Source: Asterias rubens (lineage: Eukaryota). Taken from it: DNA of 64,000 bases. Positions 36,901-45,540 of this stretch are shown here, piece after piece. Each line of letters starts with the position of its first letter. The first letter of the stretch is position 1. The notes under the pieces are model-generated. The model was not told where the DNA came from, did not search any database, and was given only the letters and a program-made list of their open reading frames with translations. The stretch lies in contig NC_047063.1 of assembly GCF_902459465.1 (NCBI RefSeq), forward strand, positions 1,798,001 to 1,862,000, written 5' to 3'. The position numbers were made by a program, and so were the translations under genes.

Positions 36901-36919
36901 TACATGCACCAACAGCCAT
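756..36919 (-). CDS. PLXNA: Plexin-A-like receptor, 20 coding exons in window (3' end beyond the left edge)
   Basis: Spliced translation is open across all 20 exons (4041 nt from ATG 36865) and gives Sema-PSI-PSI-PSI-IPTx4-TM-juxtamembrane. [14 protein letters not shown]...[17 protein letters not shown] resembles the class-A motif ECKEAFAELQ rather than class-B CKKEFTDL. Not assignable to a vertebrate paralog. Confidence 0.93.
1022..1588. mobile_element. Longer member of the GGCCCAATTTCATAG MITE family
   Basis: gcccaatttcatagaattgcttaagca ... tgcttaagtagctctatgaaatttagcc. Further degraded copies at ~21237-21370 and ~21993-22187. Confidence 0.7.
1605..1753. mobile_element. Small foldback MITE with an internal near-perfect hairpin
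   Basis: ccgttacgcaaatac..tgcgca / tgcgca..gtatttgcgataagg; inner hairpin at 1651-1707. Confidence 0.65.
1795..2023 (-). CDS. PLXNA: Plexin exon: transmembrane helix + juxtamembrane segment
   Basis: caag|GTG GAA...GAT G|gtcagt; VGRLKY...[27 protein letters not shown]...[11 protein letters not shown]. Confidence 0.95.
2162..2364. mobile_element. Kolobok-type MITE family A (internally deleted)
   Basis: TTAA|AGACAGTCGACACTAT ... ATAGTGTCCACTGCCT|TTAA. A more eroded copy lies at ~53670-53945. Confidence 0.75.
3413..3559 (-). CDS. PLXNA: Plexin exon: IPT4
   Basis: taag|GGT CGC...AGG|gtgagt; [37 protein letters not shown]. Confidence 0.92.
3690..3931 (+). mobile_element. 5'-truncated copy of the same SINE
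   Basis: caagttctggtggttaag...ggtataaatgggtacc...ggatgttattggcccaatga. Confidence 0.78.
3935..4076. mobile_element. Foldback MITE (GTCGATTTCACAAA termini)
   Basis: Inverted termini flanked by CAG; inserted at the 3' end of a SINE. Sister copy at 17124-17296. Confidence 0.8.
4249..4512 (-). CDS. PLXNA: Plexin exon: IPT3/IPT4
   Basis: acag|AAC TGT...CAG|gtacgc; [17 protein letters not shown]...FGFILDGV...YLDPEY; 264 nt. Confidence 0.94.
4638..4740 (-). CDS. PLXNA: Plexin exon: IPT3
   Basis: ttag|T GGT...TTG|gtaagt; (S)[34 protein letters not shown]. Confidence 0.93.
4903..5095 (-). mobile_element. ~200-bp hammerhead-bearing repeat (Penelope-like terminal repeat / retrozyme-like), copy 1
   Basis: Aligns with 5443-5776 (after removing the insert) and more distantly with ~41300-41445. 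Confidence 0.55.
5019..5064 (-). ncRNA. Minimal type-I hammerhead-ribozyme-like motif (decayed), copy 1
   Basis: Minus strand CTC-CTGAAGA-C-[stem II, degenerate]-GAAA-CGTT-GAG. Confidence 0.6.
5227..5388 (-). CDS. PLXNA: Plexin exon: IPT2/IPT3
   Basis: gcag|T GTG...CTC AG|gtgagt; [11 protein letters not shown]...[19 protein letters not shown]. Confidence 0.94.
5553..5747 (-). ncRNA. Hammerhead-like motif copy 2, split by a MITE in the stem II loop
   Basis: CTC-CTGAAGA-C-GATCAG..[151-bp insert]..CTCATC-GAAG-CGTT-GAG. Confidence 0.58.
5574..5724. mobile_element. TA-flanked MITE (Tc1/mariner-type ends)
   Basis: TIR ctctcttaatatttatg / cataaatattaagagag flanked by TA. The segment is absent from the sister repeat at 4903-5095. 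Confidence 0.7.
5930..6075 (-). CDS. PLXNA: Plexin exon: IPT2
   Basis: aaag|ATT CCG...ACA AA|gtaagt; [31 protein letters not shown]. Confidence 0.95.
6630..6747 (-). CDS. PLXNA: Plexin exon: end of IPT1
   Basis: acag|A ATC...GTG|gtgagt; [21 protein letters not shown]...DDFAYV. Confidence 0.93.
6790..7150. mobile_element. Degenerate element with clustered GACTAGTCG/GACTAC motifs
   Basis: Many CGACTA/TAGTCG motifs, typical of subterminal repeats of DNA transposons. A similar GACTTG/GAGTC cluster lies at ~11385-11500. Ends unclear. Confidence 0.4.
7256..7502 (+). mobile_element. L2/CR1-type LINE 3' end
   Basis: Translates [44 protein letters not shown], matching the L2/CR1 ORF2 C-terminus (G.R.FS..AP.LWNSLP...FK..LKTHLF), followed by an (ATT)n tail. 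Confidence 0.8.
7619..7761 (-). CDS. PLXNA: Plexin exon: IPT/TIG 1
   Basis: ttag|TTT CAT...GAG AG|gtatgt; [22 protein letters not shown]...VAGIKC. Confidence 0.94.
7872..7990 (+). mobile_element. L2/CR1-type 3' fragment
   Basis: ...[10 protein letters not shown] motif (ttcagaaagaacttaaaaactcacctcttc). Isolated L2-like tails also at ~8157-8222 (+) and ~2100-2155 (-). Confidence 0.55.
8846..9185 (-). pseudogene. Second decayed duplicate of the PSI3 exon, interrupted by a Harbinger-type MITE
   Basis: tgactcgatggaac ~ tgactccatggaac; ttagccacatcccctactggtca ~ tcagccatgtctcctgctggcca; atCAGgacata is restored when the MITE is removed. Confidence 0.65.
8852..9089. mobile_element. PIF/Harbinger-type MITE with CAG TSD
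   Basis: TIR GGCCCAATTTCATAGAGCTGC / GCAGCTCTATGAAATTGGGCC, CAG on both sides. Confidence 0.85.
9221..9346 (-). pseudogene. Decayed duplicate of the 3' half of the PSI3 exon (pseudo-exon 1)
   Basis: Homologous frame [13 protein letters not shown]...RPDSTVGS vs [14 protein letters not shown]...CPDPTVSS. Retains the GTAGGT donor and has an upstream polypyrimidine-AG. Confidence 0.8.
9415..9596 (-). CDS. PLXNA: Plexin exon: PSI3
   Basis: gtag|TT ACC...TCG|gtaggt; [35 protein letters not shown]...CPDPTVSS. Confidence 0.95.
9641..9905 (+). mobile_element. tRNA-derived SINE with CORE-like central domain
   Basis: A-box TGGCTGAGTGG, B-box-like GGGTTCCGGTCC, and ccttgagcaagatacttt..cttctcttcacc. 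Homologs at 17736-18058 (-) and 3690-3931 (+, 5'-truncated). Confidence 0.8.
10957..11053 (-). CDS. PLXNA: Plexin exon
   Basis: acag|TAC AAC...CAC G|gtaaga; [32 protein letters not shown]; ends phase 1. Confidence 0.9.
11736..11979. repeat. Tandem duplication of ~110 bp with a 24-bp spacer
   Basis: gatctatttattgtg...catctaaactt at 11736-11846 and 11871-11979, nearly identical. Confidence 0.9.
11980..12120 (+). mobile_element. Short tRNA-derived SINE (second family)
   Basis: B-box GGTTCGAAGCC then gtaatatgcctgtgat...cacacatcggtgta. Reverse copy at ~19455-19597. Confidence 0.7.
12163..12258 (-). CDS. PLXNA: Plexin exon
   Basis: acag|GAT GGA...AAG|gtactt; [32 protein letters not shown]; 96 nt. 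Confidence 0.89.
14241..14392. repeat. Tandem duplication, ~75-bp unit x2
   Basis: tgatagagc..gtgccatc..ttaactcccccgaacttaaa..tctaatgatgatgat twice. Confidence 0.8.
14400..14670. mobile_element. Kolobok-type MITE fragment abutting a splice donor
   Basis: One clear end, TAATGTTCCT|TTAA; the other end was not recognised. Confidence 0.5.
14681..14806 (-). CDS. PLXNA: Plexin exon
   Basis: atag|GGA AAC...GTA GAG|gtaagc; [42 protein letters not shown]; 126 nt. Confidence 0.9.
15309..15515 (+). mobile_element. L2/CR1-type LINE 3' end, second copy
   Basis: High similarity to 7256-7502 (ctatttctttggaatagtc..gtgcatatt..ggctagt). Confidence 0.75.
16207..16415 (-). CDS. PLXNA: Plexin exon: PSI2
   Basis: gacag|GC TCT...GAG|gtaagt; [31 protein letters not shown]. 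Confidence 0.94.
16790..17035 (+). mobile_element. Repeat with ~100-nt leader followed by a 3' tRNA-like module and T-rich end
   Basis: Homologs at ~25975-26160 (+), ~45080-45220 (-) and ~53435-53625 (+). Confidence 0.65.
17124..17296. mobile_element. Foldback MITE, same family as 3935-4076
   Basis: cagccgtcgatttcacaaaactcttcctaac ... gagtcctagctctttgtaaaatcgacggctg. Confidence 0.8.
17530..17707 (-). CDS. PLXNA: Plexin exon: inter-PSI Ig-like domain
   Basis: acag|CTT GAG...CAA G|gtacag; [11 protein letters not shown]...YECVFG...VNCHSP; ends phase 1. Confidence 0.91.
17736..18058 (-). mobile_element. tRNA-derived SINE, near full length with L2-like tail
   Basis: Reverse complement has tggtcgagtggttaaga, ggggttcgaatcc, and 3' aatgtaaagcgcattaaacc tail. 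Confidence 0.82.
19615..19750 (-). CDS. PLXNA: Plexin exon: end of PSI1/linker
   Basis: ttcag|A TGC...GAG|gtaata; [45 protein letters not shown]. Confidence 0.92.
19785..20149. mobile_element. Kolobok-type MITE family A (degraded left end)
   Basis: ctcacttggtgtatccc...ttaccaatatagtgcct|TTAA. Confidence 0.72.
22463..22575 (-). CDS. PLXNA: Plexin exon: PSI1
   Basis: gcag|ATC...ACA AG|gtatgc; [38 protein letters not shown]; ends phase 2. Confidence 0.94.
22615..22670. repeat. Poly-T/poly-G low-complexity tract
   Basis: Long T runs followed by a G run. Other simple repeats: (TGTT)n ~3627-3655, (AAAC)n ~9350-9410, (CT)n ~20970-20990, (AAT)n ~28445-28465, poly-C ~62705-62725. Confidence 0.85.
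22705..23052. mobile_element. Kolobok-type MITE family A
   Basis: TTAA|AGGCAC ... GTGTCCAGTGCCT|TTAT, with shared internal blocks. Confidence 0.78.
24380..24741. mobile_element. Kolobok-type MITE family A
   Basis: Same TIRs and internal sequence as 28664-29042. Confidence 0.82.
25374..25725. mobile_element. Kolobok-type MITE family A (opposite orientation)
   Basis: TTAA|AGGCACTGGACAC ... GTGTCCAGGGCCT|TTAA. Confidence 0.82.
26187..26329. mobile_element. Small foldback MITE
   Basis: agccggtttata..gtagtcgatcgcgcgatggaaa / tttccatcgcgcgaccgactataaaccgacct; TAA/TTA flanks. Confidence 0.65.
26554..26835. mobile_element. Kolobok-type MITE family A (internally deleted)
   Basis: TTAA|ACGCACTGTACAC ... 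GTGTCCAGTGCCT|TTAA. Confidence 0.75.
28664..29042. mobile_element. Kolobok/T2-type MITE family A (TTAA|AGGCAGTGGACAC)
   Basis: TIR AGGCAGTGGACACTATTGGTA / TACCATTAGTGTCCACTGCCT with TTAG/TTAA flanks. TTAA plus AGG termini is the Kolobok/T2 hallmark. Confidence 0.85.
29426..29482. mobile_element. 57-bp foldback element with 9-bp TSD (Mutator-like)
   Basis: cacaccgta|TAGTTGCGATAACGTAACCCTCCTGC..GCAGGAGGGTTATGTTATCGCAACTA|cacaccata. Confidence 0.8.
33105..33350. mobile_element. MITE family with CCTTTTCACAC...GTGTGAAAAGGGC ends
   Basis: Aligns with ~34231-34561 (gggcatacc..ggaat..cacccctgct..gtaggggtaa..ggaatagggac..gtatgaaagtg). Confidence 0.65.
34231..34561. mobile_element. Second copy of the 33105-33350 family
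   Basis: Ends cactgtgtgaaaagggct, about 30 nt from a plexin donor. Confidence 0.6.
34592..34723 (-). CDS. PLXNA: Plexin exon: end of Sema domain
   Basis: ccag|CTG CGT...AGA AAG|gtgagt; 132 nt; [44 protein letters not shown]. Not in the ORF track. Confidence 0.93.
35114..35308 (-). CDS. PLXNA: Plexin exon: Sema domain
   Basis: aag|ATT GAC...AAG AAG|gtaag; 195 nt; [12 protein letters not shown]...[14 protein letters not shown]. Confidence 0.93.
35471..35620. mobile_element. Harbinger-type MITE (AGCCTGRTTCA...TGAACAGGGCT) in a short plexin intron
   Basis: GCGAATGCGA / TCGCATTCGC subterminal repeats, TWA-like flanks. Sister copy at 38952-39053. Confidence 0.7.
35756..36919 (-). CDS. PLXNA: Plexin coding exon 1: signal peptide + most of Sema domain
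   Basis: 394-aa ORF with [20 protein letters not shown] signal, [43 protein letters not shown]. Acceptor tttcag with exon starting at 36982; donor TTG|GTAAGA at 35756, phase 0. Confidence 0.96.
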
Positions 36920-36923
36920 TCTG

Positions 36924-36950
36924 TCAATGATGGGGACCGTCAGTAGTCAT
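36924..36950 (-). promoter_or_regulatory. uORF (MTTDGPHH*) in plexin 5'UTR
   Basis: ATG ACT ACT GAC GGT CCC CAT CAT TGA ends 4 nt before ATG 36919, inside the same exon. Confidence 0.6.
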
Positions 36951-37404
36951 GCGGAAGTATGCTTGGGGTCCTGTTGATAATTCTGAAACAAATCAAAAAT
37001 ATGAGACGATATGAGTTCCTGGATTTTCCAAGTCACACGAGTCTTCGTTTACATTTTTAAATTTAGCATGTTGTACATAGCTTTGTGCATGCTGTTACTA
37101 CTACAACTTGCCTGAAAGGGACAAGGCCATTTCAATTTTGCAAAGGGCACTTTCAGTTGAAGAGTCTATTTTCCCAGACTCTGAACAGAACTCAAAGGTA
37201 AAACAGCAGGTTTGGACTAACAACCAGGTAATTTCCTTGATGGTCAAATCAATTTTCTGAAACAGGAGAAATCCTTACAAAAACTTGCCTAACAATATTG
37301 ATGGAATCAGGCATCAAACAGTTTTATATCATTTTTTCTGAAGTCAGAAAATTCCAATGAAACGACTATTACAGAAAATTGTTATACATGTACCAACTCT
37401 TTAA

Positions 37405-37716
37405 AGGAACACGTTGCCTTGGATCGGACGAGTTGGTCTATAAAAAGCGTCTGTAACCCTTTTTTATAAAATGCATATGGTTGGAAAGATGTTTTAAAAG
37501 TAGAATACAATGATCCACACAAGTTTGCCTCGCTCCCATAAATGGCCGACGTGTTAGTCGACAAGGTAAAAGGAAAACCGTGCAATTTCGAGGCATGTTT
37601 GTGCGGATCATTGTATTTTACTTTTACAACATCTTTCCACCCATGTGCATTTTATAAAAAACGGTTACAAACGCTTTTCAAAGACCAACTCAACTGATCC
37701 AAGGCAACGTGTTCCT
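37405..37716. mobile_element. Kolobok-type MITE family B, intact long TIRs
   Basis: TTAA|AGGAACACGTTGCCTTGGATC ... GATCCAAGGCAACGTGTTCCT|TTAA; arms complementary over most of the length. Confidence 0.9.
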
Positions 37717-38951
37717 TTAACAATTAATATCAAAGTGTACTAAGTTTAGGTTGGTGTAATTAACTGGCTGTCTCTCAAGCAGCCCACAAAATAAAAAAAT
37801 AATAAATGCAACTGTCTGCAGCGTAGCCAAGTCCTTATTTAGTGTTTTCCACCCACAAAGTCATCCAACCATGCCGGATGCCTGACTGCATACTCTCAAT
37901 CTCTTGAATTAACGTGTTTAGTTTGTGTTCATGTACACTTGGTAATACTGGCTATCGTGAACAGAAATCTTTTGTAAGTTCCAAACCTCAAACATCAAAC
38001 TTTAAACCCAGTCAGTTGAATCAGTCATACATGATCACATATGTAAAGGTGGCACACCCACACAATCAATGCAAACATGACTCGGGTTCTGTTGTAGCTT
38101 TTGGTACCGTGCAGTTCTATGTGTTCTCACAATTGTATGAGAAAAGAAAAAAAATTGAATGTGGAATATTAGGCACCTATAGTGTTGTACATGTTGTGTA
38201 TTGAAAGTTTGAAGGGAATGTTAAAAATGTAGAGCTGAATGTGTCAACATGTTTAAACCAAGAAGGCAAGAACTGTAACATCTTAAATTGGTAAAATTAC
38301 TAACGGGGACAGTCCTCGTTTCTCTTTCAGATACAAACCAATGGGGAGGTAGCTTACAAAACTATGTCCAAAAAAATGACAGTTTATAAAAAGAGGTCCT
38401 AGATTTACGACATTAAAAAACTTATGTGGGTGTGTGAAATGTCTACAGTGTAGAACCTACTAGTGTACCTGTGTTAATGTGCACATCTTAAAAGCAGTAA
38501 CAGCCAGAATTTACTAATTAGTAATATATAAAGCACCTACAATGATACAAGTTAACTTTAATCATTGTACAGGTGTTTCATCGAATCAATTTCTTCCTTT
38601 TAAGGGTACATTAAGTGTCACTCATACACTTATAAACTCAATGAAAAACCATTGATCAAAAACGAACAGTGCAACCGTGCGATGTTATTCTTGGTTGTTG
38701 TATCCCTGGTTATCGAAAACCTGTAACAGGTGGTTACACGTCCAATGGCTTCCTCCATCAAGGACTTGCTGGGTTTGTTCCAAAATATTGCAGTAAGACC
38801 AGCTTATCATCATTATTTTCCACAATTCCACTATTTGATATTATAGAGGGATGCTTTTCGTACACTGACCTAGCCAGCCGGACCACTTGGGTTGTGACTG
38901 GTCTTCATTTCAGGTGCTTCAACAAGCAAATTGACCAGCGGACCAATGTAA

Positions 38952-39053
38952 AGCCTGGTTCATGCTTCCTGCGAATGCGAATGCGATCGGAATTTTGACG
39001 AATTTGTGATGTCAAAATCCGCATTCGCATTCGCAAGAAGTATGACCCGGGCT
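38952..39053. mobile_element. Harbinger-type MITE, same family as 35471-35620
   Basis: agcctggttcatgcttcctgcgaatgcgaatgcg ... cgcattcgcattcgcaagaagtatgacccgggct. Confidence 0.72.
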
Positions 39054-41398
39054 TCAATGGGAGAACGCAGCTTTACGAAAACCTAACCATAGTGAATGGT
39101 AGTAAAACCTTGAGATGTTACTTTGGTTTTGTAACCATTAGTTCTAGGAGACCTGTAATAAGGTGGTTACACACCAATCACTTCCTTCCTGAGGGAAGGA
39201 ACTCTCACTTCCCATCCACAACAATTTGTCAAACTTTTCTGGTCACATTTAAATCAAGTAAAAGATGCAGGGTGTTTCTGACATGGTTTCAAACAATACA
39301 CCATCATGTCGGTTTTAAGGCCGGTGTCCAGTCTGTTCAGGGTTGGCCTGCTTTATCCCTATGGCTCTCCTACACACGATTAGTATTTAAAACAGTGTAC
39401 AAATTAAAAGGATTGCAAAGTTGACTCTGCAAGCCCATTAAATATTGATATTTTAACTGATTCAACCAGCCACTGTCACTGTCAAGCATTTGCAACACAT
39501 TCTACAAACATGTACTCATTCTAAATATGCCTTGCTTTAATTAAAAGTGGATTCTCTATGATGATGCTACGACAGTATCATAGGCGTTTTATAAGCAAGA
39601 CATTAATGCTTGACAACTTCACTTAACAGTGGCTAGGCGAAATCTGCTGGCTGGATATTTTTATTTTTTTGGAGTGGGTGTAAGGGGGGGTGAGGGTGGG
39701 TTTTGGGTGGGGTCAAGTAACTGTCTGGGTAATGAAATATGCAAGCAAGGTTATAACTGATGTTGGCAGGTTCCATTGGTGGCCACCCTGAGAAAATGCG
39801 CCAATAAAGTATGTTCTTCAACTCTTTTCATACTAATAAAAAAATCCTATATTGGACTGAAAAGCAGAAGCAGTCAAGCAATAGTCAAAATGAAAGTTTT
39901 TTTTTAATGAAACAGACTTACATTCCAAAGAAATACAGGAAATCCTTATGGGTTTTAAAACAAACAGATTTGGTTTTTACGATGGCCCTTTCATTGAAAA
40001 AGATGATAATAAGAATTACGTCGCTCAAATCCAAAGTTTTTTTAACGCAACCTCAGTAGTTATGAAAGTAAATTACTTTACAATTTACATGTTTGTGTCA
40101 CTGGTAAAAAAAAAAAAGATAAATGTTCCAATGCTCACTTCATATCAAAGACTACAATACATAAATCAACCAGGCCTAGAATATCACCAAGCATTATACA
40201 TGGGAGTGGTGAAAAAAACAGCTTTTCATACTGACATACAATCAATGAATTTCCACTTACAAGTTCGATGCCACTGTTGACTGCGGTTTGAAAACATAGA
40301 CAAACTTCCTGGTCTCTACCCCTGAAAAGCATCACCACTAGAACGAGACACTGCTATCAAACATATATCCAGTAGGCCACATCAACTATGATGAAAAGAA
40401 CATGAAAGATGGATCTCTAATCAAGTAAATATTACTACTGTACACGCGAGTGGAGATCAGTATCCAAACTAAAAAGCCACACACATGGACAGCAGCAAGC
40501 TCCGACAAACTCCTACTGGATAAGTGAAAATCATCATCCTGTGTGCCAGCCAACGCACTGGTTCAATTGATTAACCCTCAACCAACTCCCCCATGCTAAA
40601 AGTGGTATGACCTGCCGTCAACTATATGTCACAAACGACCAATCAACTACTACGTGAACGAATGCTCACTGCTCTTTCGTTTCTAGACAAAAAAGCAAAG
40701 TTCATTGTGATTTTTTTTTCAGTCGAGGGGACCCAATGGGATGCGAAGATCTATCAAAACTATTTCCAGCTGGATGGCAAACACAATTGCTCAATCAAAC
40801 GCATCCGGAAGCTAGTGCAGTGGTTCTGAAAAGGCCCTGTTAACTTTGACTATTCTAGAAGAATGGTGGTTCCTGTGTGGTTTATATGACCACTCTTGAG
40901 AGAGGGGGGAGGGTCAACTTTTGGTCACTGGCCGCTATCTAAACAGTTTAAGGAACCAAGTTCACCACAAAATCATAAATCACCTTTTGTCAAGTAAAAG
41001 CTTGCTATTAAATTTTTTCATCCCCAAATTTGTGATAAAATATCTCAATGAACGATTATGAAACATTTGAGGAAAACAAGTGTTACTTGATTTGTACCTA
41101 GAAACTGAACCTGGACCAGTAGGGGCAAAAACAAAATATGTGTAGCGTCTTGCCTTTTTAAAAAAGGAAAGCCTTTTTTTTCTTTTTTCTTCCTTTCAAA
41201 ATGGCCTGCTGACACATTTTTTAAGGCAACTATTAGGCCTACATAACAGCAAAGCTACATCATGCAATACAAAACAAATTTGTCAAGTCTAAAGTATTGT
41301 TTGAAGCTTTGCATGGTGTGGTAAACGGTAAACTTGCATGTACAACTATGTGTAAATCCCTTTTATGGGACTGTTTGCTCTGAAAAGAGCAGAGTGGT

Positions 41399-41438
41399 CT
41401 CGTCGTTTCGAACAGTTTACTCTGTTGGTCTTCAAGAG
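41399..41438 (-). ncRNA. Hammerhead-like motif copy 3 (related subfamily, decayed)
   Basis: CTC-TTGAAGA-C-CAACAG-agtaaa-CTGTTC-GAAA-CGAC-GAG. Confidence 0.5.
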
Positions 41439-44400
41439 AATATCATGTCTTGTTCATGCATAAACAAATTAAAAAACAGAACATTGCACAACAGTATAAC
41501 TACATCATGAATACAACAACTGTTATTACGTCATACAACAGCACTGAAATTCCATCTTTACACATCTGTTTTAATCACCAATTACCGTAGAGTTTTCAAC
41601 CGTCACTTGGTAATTTGACAGGCAATTAGATATTCTTATTAGGTTTAAGATGTATAACAATGTACAAGTCTGATAAGGTTCCTGGTTAATTTGATGTAAT
41701 TCCTAATGTCCTATTCTTGGCGCATAAAGTAGCAATGCAGGGTGCCGGATGTTTAGTATCAAAACAAATGAGCACCAGGCAGGACGTTGAACTATACTGG
41801 GGTAAAATATCGCGATCTGAAGAATGAATTGTAGAAGCGATTATAATGAAAGATGGTATAGTTTTGTTGTAGGCCTTTCAGAGTTATCAAAGTGTTATCA
41901 ATTGTTTTTCAATAATCTTTTTTACCCATCCACCATTACCAATTTTCAATTTCAAAATTGTTTTTGTTTCTACTCTTTTCCTTCCCTTGTTTTAAAAATT
42001 GAAATTACATTTTGATTTTTGATTTTCTTTTTTTTTTTAACCTTTTTCCAGTTTTTATTTTTTATTTTTTTATAATTGATTATATCCTGCCAATAATCCT
42101 GAATGGACCAGAGTTGCTTTGATTTTGATAAATACAAATTTTCTTGAGAACCGTGACAGAACGGCCTGAAACCAAGTTGGATTATGGGGTTTAGAGCCGA
42201 TATGGGCAAGAGAAATCATAAACATAAAGACATTACAATGTTGTTCAAGATTGTTTGAGGTTTTTTTTAAGGGGAGGTGGGTCCTTGCTCAAAAACATGA
42301 ATATCAAGTATTATTTTTTAATGTATTTCTTATATGTTTGCAATATTCAGTTTGAGCTAATAAAGTCTCAAGGATTTTCCCCAAAAATGAGCCTTGGTAA
42401 GAGTCTATAAAACTGTAAATAAAGAGACAACCTGTTTAGAAACCAACACTGTGTTTCTTTAATCATCGATTTGCTGTACCTTGCCTGACTGCCGTCGGTG
42501 GATCATGTTACAATCATTTACGAAGAAAACATGGATGTGGTCAAAGGAAACGCAATATCAATGTACTTTGCATCATCACACTACGTAACTTCATTGCAAA
42601 ACTCCCCAACAAAACTCCCCAACCGCTTCCGTCTTCTCATTGTTAAACAACATTTTTTAATTACAGTAATTTTTCCAGAATACAGCAATAAGAGTCATGG
42701 AGGTCGGGTTGGTGTAATGGTGTCTTGCCTCGATTTCCACCTCCATCTCATTCCCAGTGAATAGGGATTCGAGGCTAAAAACTTGATCTACAAAAAGTAT
42801 CAAAACCCTTTTAAGGTACCAAGGGGAAGACCCAGGCATCAAAGGACAAGGTCTCATCAGTGACCTTCAACAAATCTCCAGCTCAGCCCAACCGAAAAGG
42901 CGCCATTTATAGGCGCCATTTATAAGCCCCATTAGCTCCCAATAGACAAAGCAAAATGTCAGCCAACTAGGATTTGTAGCAACTTGAAAACCTTGTTCCA
43001 ATGGATTGAAGGATTTTAAAGAGACTTAGAGAGTAATTCACAATAGGCATCTTTTTTTGACTGTTGAACATCACACACCCAACGGCCTTTGTAAGTTTGG
43101 CCTTTCAATAAAGTTGTACTGGGGTGTGATTTGAAAGTAACTTCAGGCCCGACACTTCACGGCAGCAACGAAGGTAATTGCCTCCATGCCTGGGTGCCCT
43201 TGAAATTCTTCTGTACAAATGTATAATTTCCTCATAGGTTGCCCTTTACCAAGGGGAAAATGCTTAGTGCCCTTGCACTTTTAAAAACGAAGCACACAGG
43301 TCTGTAATTTACCTCTCATGAGTTGATCATACCTTAGAACTTCCCGCTCAACTGAGACGCCTAGTCACAGCGTGAAGGAAGGAACATGGTACACAACAAA
43401 AATGGATTCAGTATTGACCAAATTGATTTCCCGCAAGCAATCTCTGTAAGTAAATATTAAATTACTAGGATGAGGCTGTCTAGGTTTGCCTTTTCAACTC
43501 AACATTGTTGAATCAGGTACAGTTGGTATTACTAATCCTATGTGTGCACAGAGTCCTTGAACACATTCCATGGGTGTACTTCAAACAAACCTGACTAATG
43601 CATGGTCTAAACGCTGACACTATTCTAAATTTAAGAGAGCTATTTTATGGTTTGGTTCCAACTAAATTCCAGTTGATTTCAAAATATGGCTATGTTCAGC
43701 CTGCTGTGAAGAGTGTCAACCAAAAACTTGGCACATAAAATGCTGAAGGAGATTTTAGAGAGAACCCATTCTCAGGCCTTGGATTACACAGATGCTACTG
43801 TGGTTGGCCTCTCGCTGCCCTGGTCTTGGTCTTGGCCTTGGTGCCCCTTCACAAGTTTCACATACTCTTTAACATTTTCCAATGGAAGGGCCCTTAGCAA
43901 AATTAAAATGGCCTTGCTCTCTCAAAGATGAATTCCAGGCCTACTGTGTACATTCTGTTTACATGGATTTAAATCAATCCACCGCCATCTTACTTTATGG
44001 TAATAAAACCAACGACGAACCAATGGAAATCATACATTCACAGACTGGTCCAACCATGGAGGAATAATGGTCCAATAAGCAACGTTCTTATAGCCATTAG
44101 CTGAGGGTGCGACTGCCCTACACAATTTATCCTTTGTGCATAAAATCTATTTTACATCATCTATGCATTTTAAACACATTTGATATGAAGAATCATTTTT
44201 AGAAGAAGAATAGGATATTTGATACAACCTTTACATTGAAGGAACATTGATTGGGTAGTAAAACTTTCCAGATTTTTACAATCCATTCCCTACGCACAAT
44301 AAATACCATCTAGTCACGCCTCAGCTATCACAGCAGGCTAAAGTTAACCGGTCAATGCGTAACATACCTAGCTGTTACGTTTTTTAAATCGTTCAAACCT

Positions 44401-45540
44401 GGGAAATTACTTAACCTTTACAGTGGATTGAGTGGGCTTATTGAGCAAGTACAGATGGTAGTTATATAGTACACTATTCAACTCTACCCATTCACCAACC
44501 CCTCGCATCCCGTGATGTTTAACACTTTGACTTCTTCAGATACAAAATAGGCATCATCATTTTCCATTTAACGTCATAATAAAACACACATTCTTGAGTG
44601 GCAATTAAATTTTTAGTTTCATTCTAAAGTGATACCACAAAAGGTTTTTATTAACTCTTATCTTACTTCACTCTTATCTTTGTTATCACTTGGGTTTTTT
44701 TAAATAAATTTTTTTTATGAAGGACATGAGGATTTGATGCTCTAAATTATCTAGTAATGGTTGGAGGCCCAAATTTAATTGGGCTTTTGTGTCTTCAGAC
44801 TGCACAAACCTTGATTTGTAATTCTGTTGTAATGCTGGCCTGTTCCTGTACTTTTGAGGATTGGTGCCAAGCAATGAAGTGAATAAAATCAATCAAAACT
44901 GGTCGCCTAGAAAAGTCTATTCCACTTTGTATGACAAGAGGAAGGGACACTGATTCTACTCTTCCAGACTGTATAAAAAGTGGGTACTCACATTTTTAAT
45001 GCAAAAAAAATGAAATGCAATAGTGCAGACTTTATTCCCTGTGCACAAACACATTGTAATAAACTACAAGGGACACAATTTTGGGTTGAGTAAAGAAAAA
45101 TGACAAAAGCGTGATTTGAACCAACGACCTCCAGATTAAGGTACCAGTGCTCTACCAACTAAGCTATTATCCATTTAGCGTTCTCCCTAATTTTGTCAAT
45201 ATTTTTGTGGGTGGTCAGTAGGGGAATTAATTCCCAAGAAAATGCCAAAGTTACTTGATGTCCGTGGAATTGTCTTGGTAGTGTGAAGAGGGCTAAAGAG
45301 GGAAATGCTACTTATATGTATACATTTCAAGGGGCAACCAGGGCAGCATCATTGAAGTACATGTACCAGGCTTCCACCTTCCCTCGCTTTCTTGATCAAC
45401 GAGTTCTGACTCAAACTTTTAAAAGTATCACGGAACACAAAATCTGTCATTTTGTTGTTAGTTTAGGATCTGATTGACGTGGCACCACACCAGCAGATGA
45501 ACAAACCCCCTCCATGAGAGATCAAGAGTTCCTGCCGTTC

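Noticed and set aside
756-36919. Assignment as plexin-B, semaphorin or MET/RON
   Set aside because: Three PSI + four IPT + TM + plexin cytoplasmic motif exclude semaphorin and MET; ECKDAFAELQ matches class A.
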